Assembly (NCBI RefSeq): GCF_033722355.1
Contig: NZ_JAWVZF010000001.1
Coordinates: forward strand, 1,785 to 65,784
Length of the DNA stretch: 64,000 nt
Source of the DNA: Arsukibacterium sp.
GTDB taxonomy: Bacteria; Pseudomonadota; Gammaproteobacteria; Enterobacterales; Alteromonadaceae
Direction: 5' to 3'
Shown piece by piece: positions 38,392 to 49,787 of this stretch (positions are counted from its first letter, which is position 1; each line of letters opens with the position of its first letter). Made by a program: the position numbers and the translations under genes. A model generated the notes under the pieces. It was not told the DNA's origin. It searched no databases and worked only from the letters and a program-made list of their open reading frames with translations.

Positions 38392-39861
38392 CTAAAATGT
38401 CAGGCCTGGCGATAACTGCTCAGGCATTGTTACCTGATCCAGTTCTACCGACGCCACAGGGTAGGCACAGTAATCAGCGGCATAATAAGCGCTGGCGCGG
38501 TGGTTACCACTGCCACCGATGCCGCCAAACGGCGCCGCTGAGCTGGCACCGGTTATTGGCCGGTTCCAGTTAACAATACCGGCACGGATCCGCCGGTAAA
38601 AATGCTGATACAATTCCTGACTGTCGCTAAGTAAGCCAGCTGATAAACCAAAACTGGTGTTATTAGCGGCATCGATAGCTGCATCGAAATCATTGAAACG
38701 GAATACTTTTAATAATGGCCCGAAGTGCTCTTCATCAGGAAAGTTTTTAACATTACTGCATTCAATAATACCTGGTGATACCAGGGCTGTATCGTTTTTC
38801 AGGTGTTGCAGTTCAACTAATACGTCACCGCCAAGCTCAATCAGCTGCTGCTGGGCAGCACGCATACCTTTGGCGGCAGCGACAGAAATCATGGCACCAA
38901 TGAAAGGTTGCGGGTCGGCATCATAAAGGCCGGTTTTAATGTTGCGGGTCACTTCAATTAAGCGGCTGAGAATAGCATCGCCCTGCGCATTTGCCGGTAA
39001 AAACAGCTTGCGGGCACAGGTACAGCGCTGACCTGCTGAAATAAAAGCCGATTGAACAATATCATGCACCACGGCATCAATATTACTGACATCCTGCACA
39101 ATAAGTGGGTTATTACCGCCCATTTCCAGCGCCAGGATTTTTTCTGGCCGGCCGGCAAATTGCTGATGTAAATAGTGACCGGTACGGGAGCTGCCGGTGA
39201 AAAACAAGCCATCAATGCCATCATGGCTGGCAATCGCTTTGCCGGTATCCACTTCACCCTGCAATAAGTTCAGTACCCCTGCCGGCAGACCAGCCTTTTC
39301 CCATAACTTTACGGTATGTTCGGCAACCATCGGCGTTAATTCAGAAGGCTTAAATACCACAGTGTTTCCGGCTAATAACGCAGGCACTATGTGGCCGTTA
39401 GGTAAATGTCCCGGGAAATTATAAGGGCCAAATACTGCCACTACGCCATGGGGTTTATGCCTGACAAACGCGCGGCCCTGTGGCATTGGGTTTTCTTTGG
39501 TGCCGGTGCGTTCTTCATAAGCCCGCACCGAAATATCGACCTTACCAATCATGGCGGCCACTTCAGTGCGACTTTCCCACAGGGCTTTACCGGTATCCCG
39601 GGCAATACAAAGTGCCAGGGCTTCTTTATTTGCCGCTAATTGCTCAGCAAACCGTTTTACCACCTCAACCCTGCTGTCGAAACTCAGATCGCCCCAGCTG
39701 TACTGGGCTGCACGCGCAGCACTGATCGCTGCATCTACCTGCTCGGGACTGGCAGCTTCACCCTGCCAAACCTGCTGGTTTTTAGCCGGGTCAAGTGATG
39801 TAAACGATTTACCCTCTCCCGCCAGCCAATGGCCATTAATAAATTGCACTGCGTGGCTCAT
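38392..39861 (-). CDS. astD: Succinylglutamate-semialdehyde dehydrogenase
   Basis: [48 protein letters not shown]. Confidence 0.96.
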   Translation of the reverse strand: MSHAVQFINGHWLAGEGKSFTSLDPAKNQQVWQGEAASPEQVDAAISAARAAQYSWGDLSFDSRVEVVKRFAEQLAANKEALALCIARDTGKALWESRTEVAAMIGKVDISVRAYEERTGTKENPMPQGRAFVRHKPHGVVAVFGPYNFPGHLPNGHIVPALLAGNTVVFKPSELTPMVAEHTVKLWEKAGLPAGVLNLLQGEVDTGKAIASHDGIDGLFFTGSSRTGHYLHQQFAGRPEKILALEMGGNNPLIVQDVSNIDAVVHDIVQSAFISAGQRCTCARKLFLPANAQGDAILSRLIEVTRNIKTGLYDADPQPFIGAMISVAAAKGMRAAQQQLIELGGDVLVELQHLKNDTALVSPGIIECSNVKNFPDEEHFGPLLKVFRFNDFDAAIDAANNTSFGLSAGLLSDSQELYQHFYRRIRAGIVNWNRPITGASSAAPFGGIGGSGNHRASAYYAADYCAYPVASVELDQVTMPEQLSPGLTF

Positions 39862-39874
39862 GTATTACCCCTGC

Positions 39875-40894
39875 TTAAATTCTGGTTAATCTGACCTGAT
39901 CGCCGGCTTTTACTCCCAAAGCATCGGCGCAGGCCTGTGGCAGAACCACCTGGTCGCTTTGTTCTGTAACAGTTAGCGGTAGCCAGGTAGCACGAAAATT
40001 TTCGATAATTGTATTGCAGATTAAATAAGGCTGACTATCTGGCCCCGGGCTGCCAATCTGCACCTGCAGCTTGCGACTATACCGAATTGAGCGGATATGC
40101 TCTACCCTGGCCTCTACGGTAGGCCCGGCATCGAAAATATCAACATAGCCCCGGTTAGAAAACCCCTCTGTCTGCAACAGCGCCAGCGCCGGCCGGGTTT
40201 TATCGTGCACTTTACCGATGACCTGTTGCGCTTCTTTACTTAACAGACTGACATAGATTGGATACTTGGGCATCAGCTCAGCAATAAAAACTTTCTGGCC
40301 TATACCTGTCAGGTAGTCAGCGGTTGGAAAATCGACAGAGAAGAAATGTTCCTGCAACCAGCGCCAGAACGGTGAATGGCCATTCTGGTCCGACACCCCC
40401 CGCATCTCGGCAATTACCCGATCAGCGAAGCGCTCAGCAAATTCCGCCATAAACAGAAAACGGGCCTTGGACAGCAGGCGGCCATTGTTTTTCTCGCGCC
40501 GGTTTTCCCGCAGAAATAACGTACACAGCTCACTGACGCCGGTGTAATCATTGCACAGAGTCAGAATATCTACTGTTTTATATACGCCAAGCGAACGTGA
40601 GCTATGCACAACTTTACCCAGATGATAATGATAAAAAGCATCATCCAGTCCCACGGCAGCTTCCAGCGCACTGGTACCGCAGACTTCGCCATTGCTGGTG
40701 TCTTCCAGGACAAATAAATACCCTTCATCTCCGGGACAGTTGACCGTTTTCTGTAACGACTGCTCAGAACGATTGATTTTGCGCATCAGCAGCTCATCAT
40801 TTACCGGCAGTGAGGTAAACCCATGCCCCGATTCGACTGCCATCTGATAGAGCGCCGGGTAATCATCCGCTCGGATTGGGCGAATCACCATCAT
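39875..40894 (-). CDS. astA: Arginine N-succinyltransferase
   Basis: GHGFTSLP, LCNDYTG, ELCTLFL, AEMRG, DIFDAGP. Confidence 0.96.
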   Translation of the reverse strand: MMVIRPIRADDYPALYQMAVESGHGFTSLPVNDELLMRKINRSEQSLQKTVNCPGDEGYLFVLEDTSNGEVCGTSALEAAVGLDDAFYHYHLGKVVHSSRSLGVYKTVDILTLCNDYTGVSELCTLFLRENRREKNNGRLLSKARFLFMAEFAERFADRVIAEMRGVSDQNGHSPFWRWLQEHFFSVDFPTADYLTGIGQKVFIAELMPKYPIYVSLLSKEAQQVIGKVHDKTRPALALLQTEGFSNRGYVDIFDAGPTVEARVEHIRSIRYSRKLQVQIGSPGPDSQPYLICNTIIENFRATWLPLTVTEQSDQVVLPQACADALGVKAGDQVRLTRI

Positions 40895-41010
40895 CGTCGC
40901 TTACTCCATTTTTGCTTTATAACCTGCAGGACCCGCTAAGCTGCCCCGCGCTGCTTCATTGTGCGATCTTTATGCCGCTTCATTTTTTCTGGTGTGACAG
41001 GTTTAAACCT

Positions 41011-42279
<1,269 letters not shown>

Positions 42280-42519
42280 CTACTGCCGGTTATTATCGCA
42301 GCATTATTGCAGGTTTCGGGGCTGTTGTCTCGTTGGCAAAAATGGCTAAAGCCAGAAAAATCAAGGGTTACAGATAGATTTGCAGCTGAACTGAATAACT
42401 AAGCATCTCCCGGGTTTACCGCTTAGAACAAACCGCTTGCCAAGGTAAAGGTGCTGCTGGCGATACAGCCAGCTCTCGCCACTGTTCAGTGGTTTGCATG
42501 AATATGGCTAAAAAAAATG

Positions 42520-43635
42520 TTATAAATCGATATTCAGCCGTTTCAGATTGGTCTTAGCCAATGCATTTAACTGTTCTTCTGTCAGATTGACGGCCGCAAA
42601 CCACTTTTCTCCGTCCTGTACACTGGCTTTACCCGCCGCGTTTAAATGCTGCCACTGCACATAGACCTGCGCCTGTTGCACCAGTCGCCCCAGCGGACTG
42701 ATACCGGTAAAGCCTATGCCCTCTGCCAGCTGGTCCAGCGTCTGACAAAGTGGTAAGTATTGTAATGACCAGCGGGAGCATATATCAGCACTTAAGATCT
42801 CAGCAAACTCCAGTAAGCTGTCACTTAAAAAACTGGCATCCGGCTCCAGGCCATCCAGCGCATCTGTCAGTTCACTGTTGCGCTCATCCCGGGCTTTGAG
42901 CAGCTCTTCCTGCTTAATTTGCTGATAGGTACGCAGATAATTACGGGTCACCACGATATGCCCCAGCGGATGAAACAAACCAATACAAAATGCCGCATAT
43001 GGCAATTCTGCACTGTCTTCAGCTAAGCGGCGTGCCGCGATAGCACAGGCCAGTGTATAATCCCATAAGCGGGTTTTAAAACCGACAAAAGGATCGGTAG
43101 CATGGGGTAAGCACCGACGCATTCCGTATACCGGTATGATCAGTTGCAGGCTTTCCACACCAAGAAATCGTAGGGCAGTTTTGACATCCTTGATAAGTGA
43201 ACCCGAGGCGGTACGATTACGGTATTGTGGCTGATTGACCAGCTTCAGTAAGTCTTCTTTTAGCCAGTCAACCTGACTGATTAACGGGTCCAGCTGGTTC
43301 GTGGTCACGGCTTTATAAGCCAGGGTGTCCAGCACCTGATGGTAATGCTCGCCTAAATCAAATATTGAGGCACTCACCAGCGAAATATTCCCCAGCCGCT
43401 GAAACAGCTGGTCGGCGACCTGATCATGCATATGCGCCTGAGCAAACTCGATAAACTGCTGGCGTGCCTGCTGACCAGCCAGTCTTTGCTGCATCGCTTG
43501 CGCATCAACTGCTAATAATTTGCGGGTGGTTGGCAAGCCTGTTTTCACCTGATACTGTAACCGGCTGGCTGCCGGATTGACACCGATAAAATCATCCCAG
43601 AAAAGTTGGTGTAAGGGGGTTTCCAGATCGCTCAT
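42520..43635 (-). CDS. HDOD domain-containing protein
   Basis: LLKLVN.P.YR, DVKTALRFLG, LWDYTLACAIAA, GLFHPLGHIVV. Confidence 0.82.
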   Translation of the reverse strand: MSDLETPLHQLFWDDFIGVNPAASRLQYQVKTGLPTTRKLLAVDAQAMQQRLAGQQARQQFIEFAQAHMHDQVADQLFQRLGNISLVSASIFDLGEHYHQVLDTLAYKAVTTNQLDPLISQVDWLKEDLLKLVNQPQYRNRTASGSLIKDVKTALRFLGVESLQLIIPVYGMRRCLPHATDPFVGFKTRLWDYTLACAIAARRLAEDSAELPYAAFCIGLFHPLGHIVVTRNYLRTYQQIKQEELLKARDERNSELTDALDGLEPDASFLSDSLLEFAEILSADICSRWSLQYLPLCQTLDQLAEGIGFTGISPLGRLVQQAQVYVQWQHLNAAGKASVQDGEKWFAAVNLTEEQLNALAKTNLKRLNIDL

Positions 43636-44246
43636 TACTCGTTAACCGCATGTTGTTCAGACCCGACAGCGGGGACTTGCAGAAAATTATTCAGCATCGC
43701 TTTACCCGCCTCACTTAAAATAGCTTCCGGATGAAATTGTACGCCATGGATGGCCATATGCTGGTGCATCAGCCCCATTATTTCATCAGGCTGTTGTGCT
43801 TTGCCGGTCCAGGCTGTGATTGTCAGCCCGGCCGGCAGGCTGGCAGACTCAACCAGCAACGAATGATAACGGGTTACCGCCAGCGGGCTGGGCAGGCCGT
43901 AAAATAGTGACTGGTTCTGATGATAAATTTCAGAGTTTTTACCATGCATAACCTTAGCGGCCCGGCAGACCTTACCCCCAAATACCTGCGCTATCGCCTG
44001 GTGGCCAAGGCAAACACCTAATAAAGGTATTTTCCCGGCAAAATGCTCGATTGCGGCCAGACTTACCCCTGCCTGATCAGGCGTGCCGGGCCCGGGAGAT
44101 ATCACCAGGTAATCCGGCGCTAATGCCGCCATTTGCGCGACATTAATCTCATCGTTGCGTTTTACCACAACCTGCTGGCCTAGCTCAGCAAAGTACTGCA
44201 CCAGATTCCAGGTAAAAGAGTCATAATTGTCGATCATCAACAGCAT
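43635..44246 (-). CDS. pabA: Aminodeoxychorismate/anthranilate synthase glutamine amidotransferase component II
   Basis: [38 protein letters not shown]. Confidence 0.93.
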   Translation of the reverse strand: MLLMIDNYDSFTWNLVQYFAELGQQVVVKRNDEINVAQMAALAPDYLVISPGPGTPDQAGVSLAAIEHFAGKIPLLGVCLGHQAIAQVFGGKVCRAAKVMHGKNSEIYHQNQSLFYGLPSPLAVTRYHSLLVESASLPAGLTITAWTGKAQQPDEIMGLMHQHMAIHGVQFHPEAILSEAGKAMLNNFLQVPAVGSEQHAVNE

Positions 44247-44276
44247 GGCTGACTCCACCACAATGGTGGTATTAGC

Positions 44277-45284
44277 TTATTGAGGAACAACGAAACCTAC
44301 CGCATCATTAACTTTAGCCAGTGTTGCTGCAGCGCGGCTCCGGGCTTTTTCAGCACCGGAGCGCATGACATTGTGCAGTAACGGTAAGTCGGCCCGCAAT
44401 TCACCGAAGGATTTTTGGACCGGTTCCAGCAAGGCAATCACTGCATCAGCCACATCACCTTTCAGATGGCCATACATTTTACCTTCATACTCGGCTTCCA
44501 GTGTCTGAACAGATTTTCCAGTCACACCGCTCAGAATACTCAGCAGGTTTGCTACCCCGGGTTTGGCGTCGATGTCAAATCTGACCCGTGGCGGGTCTTC
44601 AGAGTCCGTCATGGCTTTTTTGAATTTTTTGCTGATCATTTTTGGATCTTCCAGCAAACCGACGAAATTCCATGGATTCTCATCTGATTTTGACATTTTT
44701 TTCAGCGGATCCTGCAAACTCATCACCCTGGCAGCAACCGGCGGGATATAGGGCTCTGGCACAGTAAAGATATCACCATGGCTCGCATTAAAACGCATAG
44801 CAACATCGCGGGCTAACTCTAAATGCTGTTTCTGATCATGCCCTACCGGGATTTGATTGGCCTGATACAGCAAAATATCAGCAGCCATCAGTACCGGATA
44901 AGTAAATAATCCGGCATTGACGTTATTATTATGGCGCTCAGATTTATCTTTGAACTGAGTCATCCGGCTAAGTTCACCAAACTGGGTATAGCAGTTAAGT
45001 ACCCAGGCTAACTGACTATGCTCAGGCACATGTGATTGCATGAATACCGCTGAGCGTTTTGGATCAATACCACAAGCCAGATATAAAGCCAGACTGTCCA
45101 GTGAGGCACTGCGGAGTGCTACCGGGTCCTGGCGCACCGTTATGGCATGCAAATCTACAATACAATACAGACAGTCATAGTCATCCTGCATCTGGTCCCA
45201 TTGCCGCAGTGCGCCCAGATAGTTACCAATGGTGAGTTGACCTGACGGCTGGGCACCACTTAATACAATTGGTTTGCTACTCAT
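44277..45284 (-). CDS. trpS: Tryptophan--tRNA ligase
   Basis: [10 protein letters not shown] (HIGH-like), [20 protein letters not shown]. Confidence 0.98.
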   Translation of the reverse strand: MSSKPIVLSGAQPSGQLTIGNYLGALRQWDQMQDDYDCLYCIVDLHAITVRQDPVALRSASLDSLALYLACGIDPKRSAVFMQSHVPEHSQLAWVLNCYTQFGELSRMTQFKDKSERHNNNVNAGLFTYPVLMAADILLYQANQIPVGHDQKQHLELARDVAMRFNASHGDIFTVPEPYIPPVAARVMSLQDPLKKMSKSDENPWNFVGLLEDPKMISKKFKKAMTDSEDPPRVRFDIDAKPGVANLLSILSGVTGKSVQTLEAEYEGKMYGHLKGDVADAVIALLEPVQKSFGELRADLPLLHNVMRSGAEKARSRAAATLAKVNDAVGFVVPQ

Positions 45285-45361
45285 GATGGGTTTACTGTCC
45301 TCGGTTAAAACTGATAAAAAGAGCGGCATTATAGCCGCATGCGGCCGGTGACCGCAGTAAA

Positions 45362-46036
45362 TTATTTACTTACATTCGCCAACTGCTGACGCATGTGGTG
45401 TATTGTCTGCTGATAATCGTCACTGTTAAAAATCGCCGAACCGGCAACAAACATATCGGCACCCGCGGCGGCTATGTCAGCAATATTATCGGCGGTGACA
45501 CCGCCATCAACTTCCAGTCTGATAGGCAAGCCGCTGCTATCAATAATCTTTCGCACCTGCGCCAGTTTATCCAGAGTCGCAGGAATAAATTTCTGGCCAC
45601 CAAAGCCAGGGTTTACTGACATCAGCAGAATAACATCCAGTTTATCGAGAATGTAATCCAGATAACTTAAAGGCGTTGCCGGATTGAAAACCAAACCAGC
45701 CTGACAGCCATGGCTTTTAATCAGTTGTATCGTGCGGTCAATATGGCGCGATGCCTCAGGATGAAAAGAAATGATACTGGCACCGGCCTCGGCAAACTGG
45801 GGGATCAGACTGTCAACCGGCTCAACCATCAGGTGGACATCTATTGGCGCCGTGATGCCATAATTTCGTAACGCTTTGCATACCATAGGGCCGATTGTCA
45901 GATTAGGAACATAATGATTATCCATCACATCAAAATGGACAACATCGGCCCCGGCAGCTAATACCTTGTCAACGTCGCTGCCGAGCCTGGCAAAATCTGC
46001 TGATAAAATTGAAGGGGCAATTAAATATGGCAACAT
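45362..46036 (-). CDS. rpe: Ribulose-phosphate 3-epimerase
   Basis: [41 protein letters not shown]. Confidence 0.98.
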   Translation of the reverse strand: MLPYLIAPSILSADFARLGSDVDKVLAAGADVVHFDVMDNHYVPNLTIGPMVCKALRNYGITAPIDVHLMVEPVDSLIPQFAEAGASIISFHPEASRHIDRTIQLIKSHGCQAGLVFNPATPLSYLDYILDKLDVILLMSVNPGFGGQKFIPATLDKLAQVRKIIDSSGLPIRLEVDGGVTADNIADIAAAGADMFVAGSAIFNSDDYQQTIHHMRQQLANVSK

Positions 46037-46104
46037 AACGGGACTCCACAAATCTGAAATACCGACTTTACTTAATTAGCTGCAAAAAAGCACGCTCGGT
46101 CCGC

Positions 46105-46220
46105 TGCACAAAAAACAGGCAGTTGCGCACCAGTTAAGCGCAACATAGTGTTAGACGCGGCGCTGGATATTCGCAAGCAATTGTATTTAATATATTATTT
46201 CAATTGGCACACTTATTGGA
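46105..46220 (+). promoter_or_regulatory. Putative NtrC-type enhancer pair and sigma54 promoter of the TorF-family porin
   Basis: TGCACAAAAAACAGGCA (46105-46121) and CGCACCAGTTAAGCGCA (46126-46142), 21 bp apart; AT-rich spacer; TGGCAC-N5-TTGG at 46205-46219. Confidence 0.5.
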
Positions 46221-46258
46221 ATGACTTTAGTCAGGGAATAAACATAAGGGCAATACCA

Positions 46259-46939
46259 ATGAAAATGACAACAACACTTTCCAGCTTAATTACTGCCAGC
46301 CTGCTTCTGGGCCTGTCTGCCACCAGCCCCAATAGCCAGGCCGTTGAGCTCAATGGTGACATTACTTTTACTACGGATTATGCGTTTCGTGGTATTTCAC
46401 AAACGGATGAAGCGCCTGCAATTCAGGGTGGCCTGACTTTAACTGATACCTCAGGTTTTTATGTTTCTGTATGGGGGTCAAGTGTTGATTTTGGCGGTCA
46501 GGGCACTCTTGAGTTTGATGTGATGCTGGGCTGGAGCGGTGCGATAAATGATGCCTGGACAGCAGACGTAGGCATTATGCGCTACGGCTACCCGAATACT
46601 GAATTTGCCGGCTCGAATTTCTATGAGCTGTATGGTTCGTTGTCATATCAGGATTTCACTTTCGGTCTGGCTTACAGTGACGACTATTATGCAAACGCGG
46701 GCACCTATTTTTATTTGTATGGTGGCTACAGTTACGCCCTGACTGATAACCTGGCGCTCGACTTACATGTTGGTCAGAATGAATACGATGACAGTTCAGC
46801 CAGTTATCTGGACTGGAGTATTGGCCTGAGCACTGAAGTCCTTGGCGCCGGCTTAAGCCTGGCTTACGTAGATACCGATATTAACGACTGTGACTTGTGT
46901 GATAGCCGGGTAATATTTAGTGTGTCAAAAAGCTTCTGA
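46259..46939 (+). CDS. TorF family putative porin (TIGR02001-like)
   Basis: Signal peptide, TDYAFRGISQT...PAIQGG, alternating aromatic beta strands, C-terminal VSKSF. Confidence 0.85.
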   Translation: MKMTTTLSSLITASLLLGLSATSPNSQAVELNGDITFTTDYAFRGISQTDEAPAIQGGLTLTDTSGFYVSVWGSSVDFGGQGTLEFDVMLGWSGAINDAWTADVGIMRYGYPNTEFAGSNFYELYGSLSYQDFTFGLAYSDDYYANAGTYFYLYGGYSYALTDNLALDLHVGQNEYDDSSASYLDWSIGLSTEVLGAGLSLAYVDTDINDCDLCDSRVIFSVSKSF

Positions 46940-46962
46940 CTCTGACGGAAAACCATAAACTA

Positions 46963-46989
46963 CAGTTGCTCAGATAAGCTGAGCAACTG
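46963..46989 (+). terminator. Hairpin downstream of the porin gene
   Basis: Perfect 11-bp stem CAGTTGCTCAG-ATAAG-CTGAGCAACTG. Confidence 0.55.
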
Positions 46990-47027
46990 ATCCTGCTAAC
47001 AAGTGCAGCGTATATTAAATAAGCAAC

Positions 47028-47056
47028 TTGTATCGTCAATGCAGATCTATTACACT
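47028..47056 (+). promoter_or_regulatory. Putative sigma70 promoter
   Basis: TTGTAT-N17-TACACT, 36 nt before the ATG at 47093. Confidence 0.5.
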
Positions 47057-47092
47057 CTGCCACTAGTGATTAAAGCGTTAACTGGATTTAAC

Positions 47093-47347
47093 ATGAAAAT
47101 TACCTTTAACAGTAAAGCTTTGGCGATAGGAGCGGCCTTGGTTCTGGCTGTGAGTGCCATCGGCTACTTTAAAACCAGCCCGCTGTGCCAGGATGCTGGC
47201 AGTTCAACGGCTAATGAATTATGTCAGAATGTCCAGCAAAACTGGTTAAGCTGGATTAAAGGTGACAGCCGTTCCACTCAGTTTCATTTTGTTGATTTTC
47301 TGGAATTATTAAACCGGTTAACTCCATCAGGCAGTAAAGCAAGCTAA
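47093..47347 (+). CDS. Small membrane-anchored hypothetical protein (84 aa)
   Basis: N-terminal TM helix, two Cys, W/F-rich WLSWIKGDSRSTQFHFVDFLELL; TAATG overlap with the next gene. Confidence 0.7.
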   Translation: MKITFNSKALAIGAALVLAVSAIGYFKTSPLCQDAGSSTANELCQNVQQNWLSWIKGDSRSTQFHFVDFLELLNRLTPSGSKAS

Positions 47348-47541
47348 TGGCCGAAACCAAGGCCGGAACCTGGCAGGTCATTAAAGCCGTGCTTGGGGCT
47401 TTCGCCGGGGTGCAATCTGAAAAACAACGTCAGCTCGATTTTCAAACGAAAAGTATTCTGCCTTACCTTATTGTCGGTATTATCTTTGCAATGTTGTTTG
47501 TTGCGGGCTTGCTGTTGACAGTGACTCTGGTCCTTGCTTAA
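47347..47541 (+). CDS. DUF2970 domain-containing small membrane protein
   Basis: AVLGAFAGVQSEKQRQLDF followed by a hydrophobic TM segment. Confidence 0.8.
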   Translation: MAETKAGTWQVIKAVLGAFAGVQSEKQRQLDFQTKSILPYLIVGIIFAMLFVAGLLLTVTLVLA

Positions 47542-48352
47542 CCGCAGGATATACTGCAAATAATTCTGCCACCTTACCTCTGCCCGCGCCGTTTTGACTG
47601 ATAGACCGTCCAACCTGAATACTGTGAAGCACAGCCTGCTGGTATATTTTACGGGTCCAGGTTGTATCATGATTACTTATCAGAACACTATTGCCTTTTA
47701 ACTGAGCCTGTTCAGCCATATTGGCTAACTGGGCCTGATCATCCAGATTGAAGCCCTGCCGGGCATAGCTGGTAAAGCTGGCTGTTTTGCTAAGGGGCAC
47801 ATAGGGGGGATCACAATAGACAACAGCATCAGCTTGCAACTGCGCAAACACCTCTTGATAACTATGGCAGCTGAAGCGGGCTTTTTGCGCTTTTTCTGCA
47901 AAGAAATACAGCTCAGCCTCCGGAAAGTAGGGTTTTTTGTAACTGCCAAACGGCACATTAAATTTCCCAGAGAGATTATAACGGCAAAGTCCATTGTAGC
48001 CATGCCGGTTCAGATAGAGAAACAGCAATGCCCGCTGATAGGGATCTGTACTGCTGTTAAATTGCTGGCGGAACGCCAGATAACTGCTGCGCAGATTAGC
48101 GCTGGCACAAAACAGACTGCTGGCGTCAGCAACAAAAGCATCCGCCTGATGCTGCACTATCTGGTATAACTGAATTAAATCAGCATTAATGTCGTTCAAC
48201 AGATAATGCGGATAATCCGTATTAAGAAATACTGAGCCTGCGCCGACAAAGGGTTCAACTAATTGAGGGCCGTCCGGCAGATGTTTAATCAGCTCTGGCA
48301 CCAGACTATATTTTCCACCAGCCCACTTCAGAAAAGCCCGGTTTCGTTTCAC
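47480..48352 (-). CDS. dam: DNA adenine methylase Dam
   Basis: FLKWAGGK, EPFVGAGSVF, YLNRHGYNGLCRYN, YCDPPY; probable GTG start; downstream of damX. Confidence 0.96.
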   Translation of the reverse strand: MKRNRAFLKWAGGKYSLVPELIKHLPDGPQLVEPFVGAGSVFLNTDYPHYLLNDINADLIQLYQIVQHQADAFVADASSLFCASANLRSSYLAFRQQFNSSTDPYQRALLFLYLNRHGYNGLCRYNLSGKFNVPFGSYKKPYFPEAELYFFAEKAQKARFSCHSYQEVFAQLQADAVVYCDPPYVPLSKTASFTSYARQGFNLDDQAQLANMAEQAQLKGNSVLISNHDTTWTRKIYQQAVLHSIQVGRSISQNGAGRGKVAELFAVYPAVKQGPESLSTASPQQTTLQR

Positions 48353-48362
48353 ATCCACCCGA

Positions 48363-49787
48363 TTATTCCTGTTCCAGAGCGTCAGCACGCAGTCGCGCTA
48401 AGGCTTTAATTTCTTGTTGTACCTGTACGACAGGTTTGATAAAAGGACCGGTTTCGCGCAAGCGCTCTGGCAATAAAGCTCTGGCCTGTCTGGCGCTGCT
48501 GGTATCCGGATAATACTGCTTCGCCAGGATGACCCATTGTAACTGCCCTTGCCAGCTACGCTGATAAACCATGATGCCGGTATCAGGAAACGAGCGGACA
48601 AACCGAGCTACAGCGGCATCTGATGTCAGGACAGCCAACTGCAATACTTTGATTTCGGGCGGCAGGCTCAGCAACAACGGTTCCTGGTACAATGCCTCAG
48701 CTGCTACAGTCACTGGTTCAGTACTGTCAGGCGCTTTTGTGGTGGCTGCCGGTTCAGCATTTTCCTGTGGCGCAGACCGGATTTCCTGGGGCATAACCGC
48801 TGGCGGTTCAGTTGCTGTCGATTCAGCCTCCCGGGGTGGCTCAACAGCAGACACAGCGCTATTGTTCACAGGCTCAGGGCTTTTTTCAGCAGACTCCGCG
48901 CTGATTATTTCAGGCTCAGGGCTATTTTTCAGATTAGTGCTATCACTAAGCGCGGGGCCAGTTGCAGGCTCAACGCTGTTTTCTCCGGTGGCATTATCAG
49001 CTTGCGCTGTATTAAGAGCGGATGGCAGATCACTTGCGGTGTCAGAACTGCGTTGTCCCACCAACTCAGGGGTGTCGGTTATCTTTGGTTCAACCACATT
49101 GTTGCTGACTGGCAACAACCAGTAAATTGCAGCTGCCATCACCAGCAGTACAATGGCAGCCGGCAATAACCAGTATGCGGCGCCTGCAGATTTACGCTCC
49201 TCTGGCTGGATAACAGCACTGTGTAATAAATGCATATTGCCATGACTGGCAGCAAAACGTTCGGCAACTGCCAGAGGCTCAAGTTGCTTATCACGCAGCA
49301 CCTGGCTGGCATCTTGCAGCGTTGGGATATTGATACTTAAATTTAATGCCATATCAACAGAAGGTTCGGACAGCAGGAAGAAGCCGAGACAATCAAGCTG
49401 CAATAGTTTCTGTCTTGCACTGGTGGCTAACTGATTAAAATTATCGACGATTAACAATAACGGCAGCGCCCCGGCTGCAGGCTCAGCCATTAATTGCGCC
49501 AGAGTCGGTTCAGGCCGCTGCCGCCCAAACCAATGTTGTAGCAACTGAGATTCAATTTCTGTCTCTGACACAGCGCCATTTAGCAGTGCAACATTTGCCT
49601 GCTCTGAGAACAGCTCAGCCAGCGCAAGTGCAAGGGTAGATTTACCACTACCTTCCCCTCCCACCAGACCTATATTCTGAAAGTCATTAAATGCCAGCTG
49701 AAATAACAACCTGTTCAGCAGTTCATGTTGGGAGGGCAATAAGTGACGCTGCTCAGCCAGCCTCTGCTGAAGTACTGTGATATCCAT
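48363..49787 (-). CDS. damX: DamX-like AAA/SPOR domain cell division protein
   Basis: Walker A GGEGSGKST, TM segment, Pro/Ala/Glu linker, C-terminal SPOR-like domain; between aroB and dam. Confidence 0.8.
   Translation of the reverse strand: MDITVLQQRLAEQRHLLPSQHELLNRLLFQLAFNDFQNIGLVGGEGSGKSTLALALAELFSEQANVALLNGAVSETEIESQLLQHWFGRQRPEPTLAQLMAEPAAGALPLLLIVDNFNQLATSARQKLLQLDCLGFFLLSEPSVDMALNLSINIPTLQDASQVLRDKQLEPLAVAERFAASHGNMHLLHSAVIQPEERKSAGAAYWLLPAAIVLLVMAAAIYWLLPVSNNVVEPKITDTPELVGQRSSDTASDLPSALNTAQADNATGENSVEPATGPALSDSTNLKNSPEPEIISAESAEKSPEPVNNSAVSAVEPPREAESTATEPPAVMPQEIRSAPQENAEPAATTKAPDSTEPVTVAAEALYQEPLLLSLPPEIKVLQLAVLTSDAAVARFVRSFPDTGIMVYQRSWQGQLQWVILAKQYYPDTSSARQARALLPERLRETGPFIKPVVQVQQEIKALARLRADALEQE

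Noticed and set aside
42492-42509. Possible ARG box (TGCATGAATATGGC) upstream of astC
   Set aside because: Only one half-site fits the consensus and no tandem partner is visible
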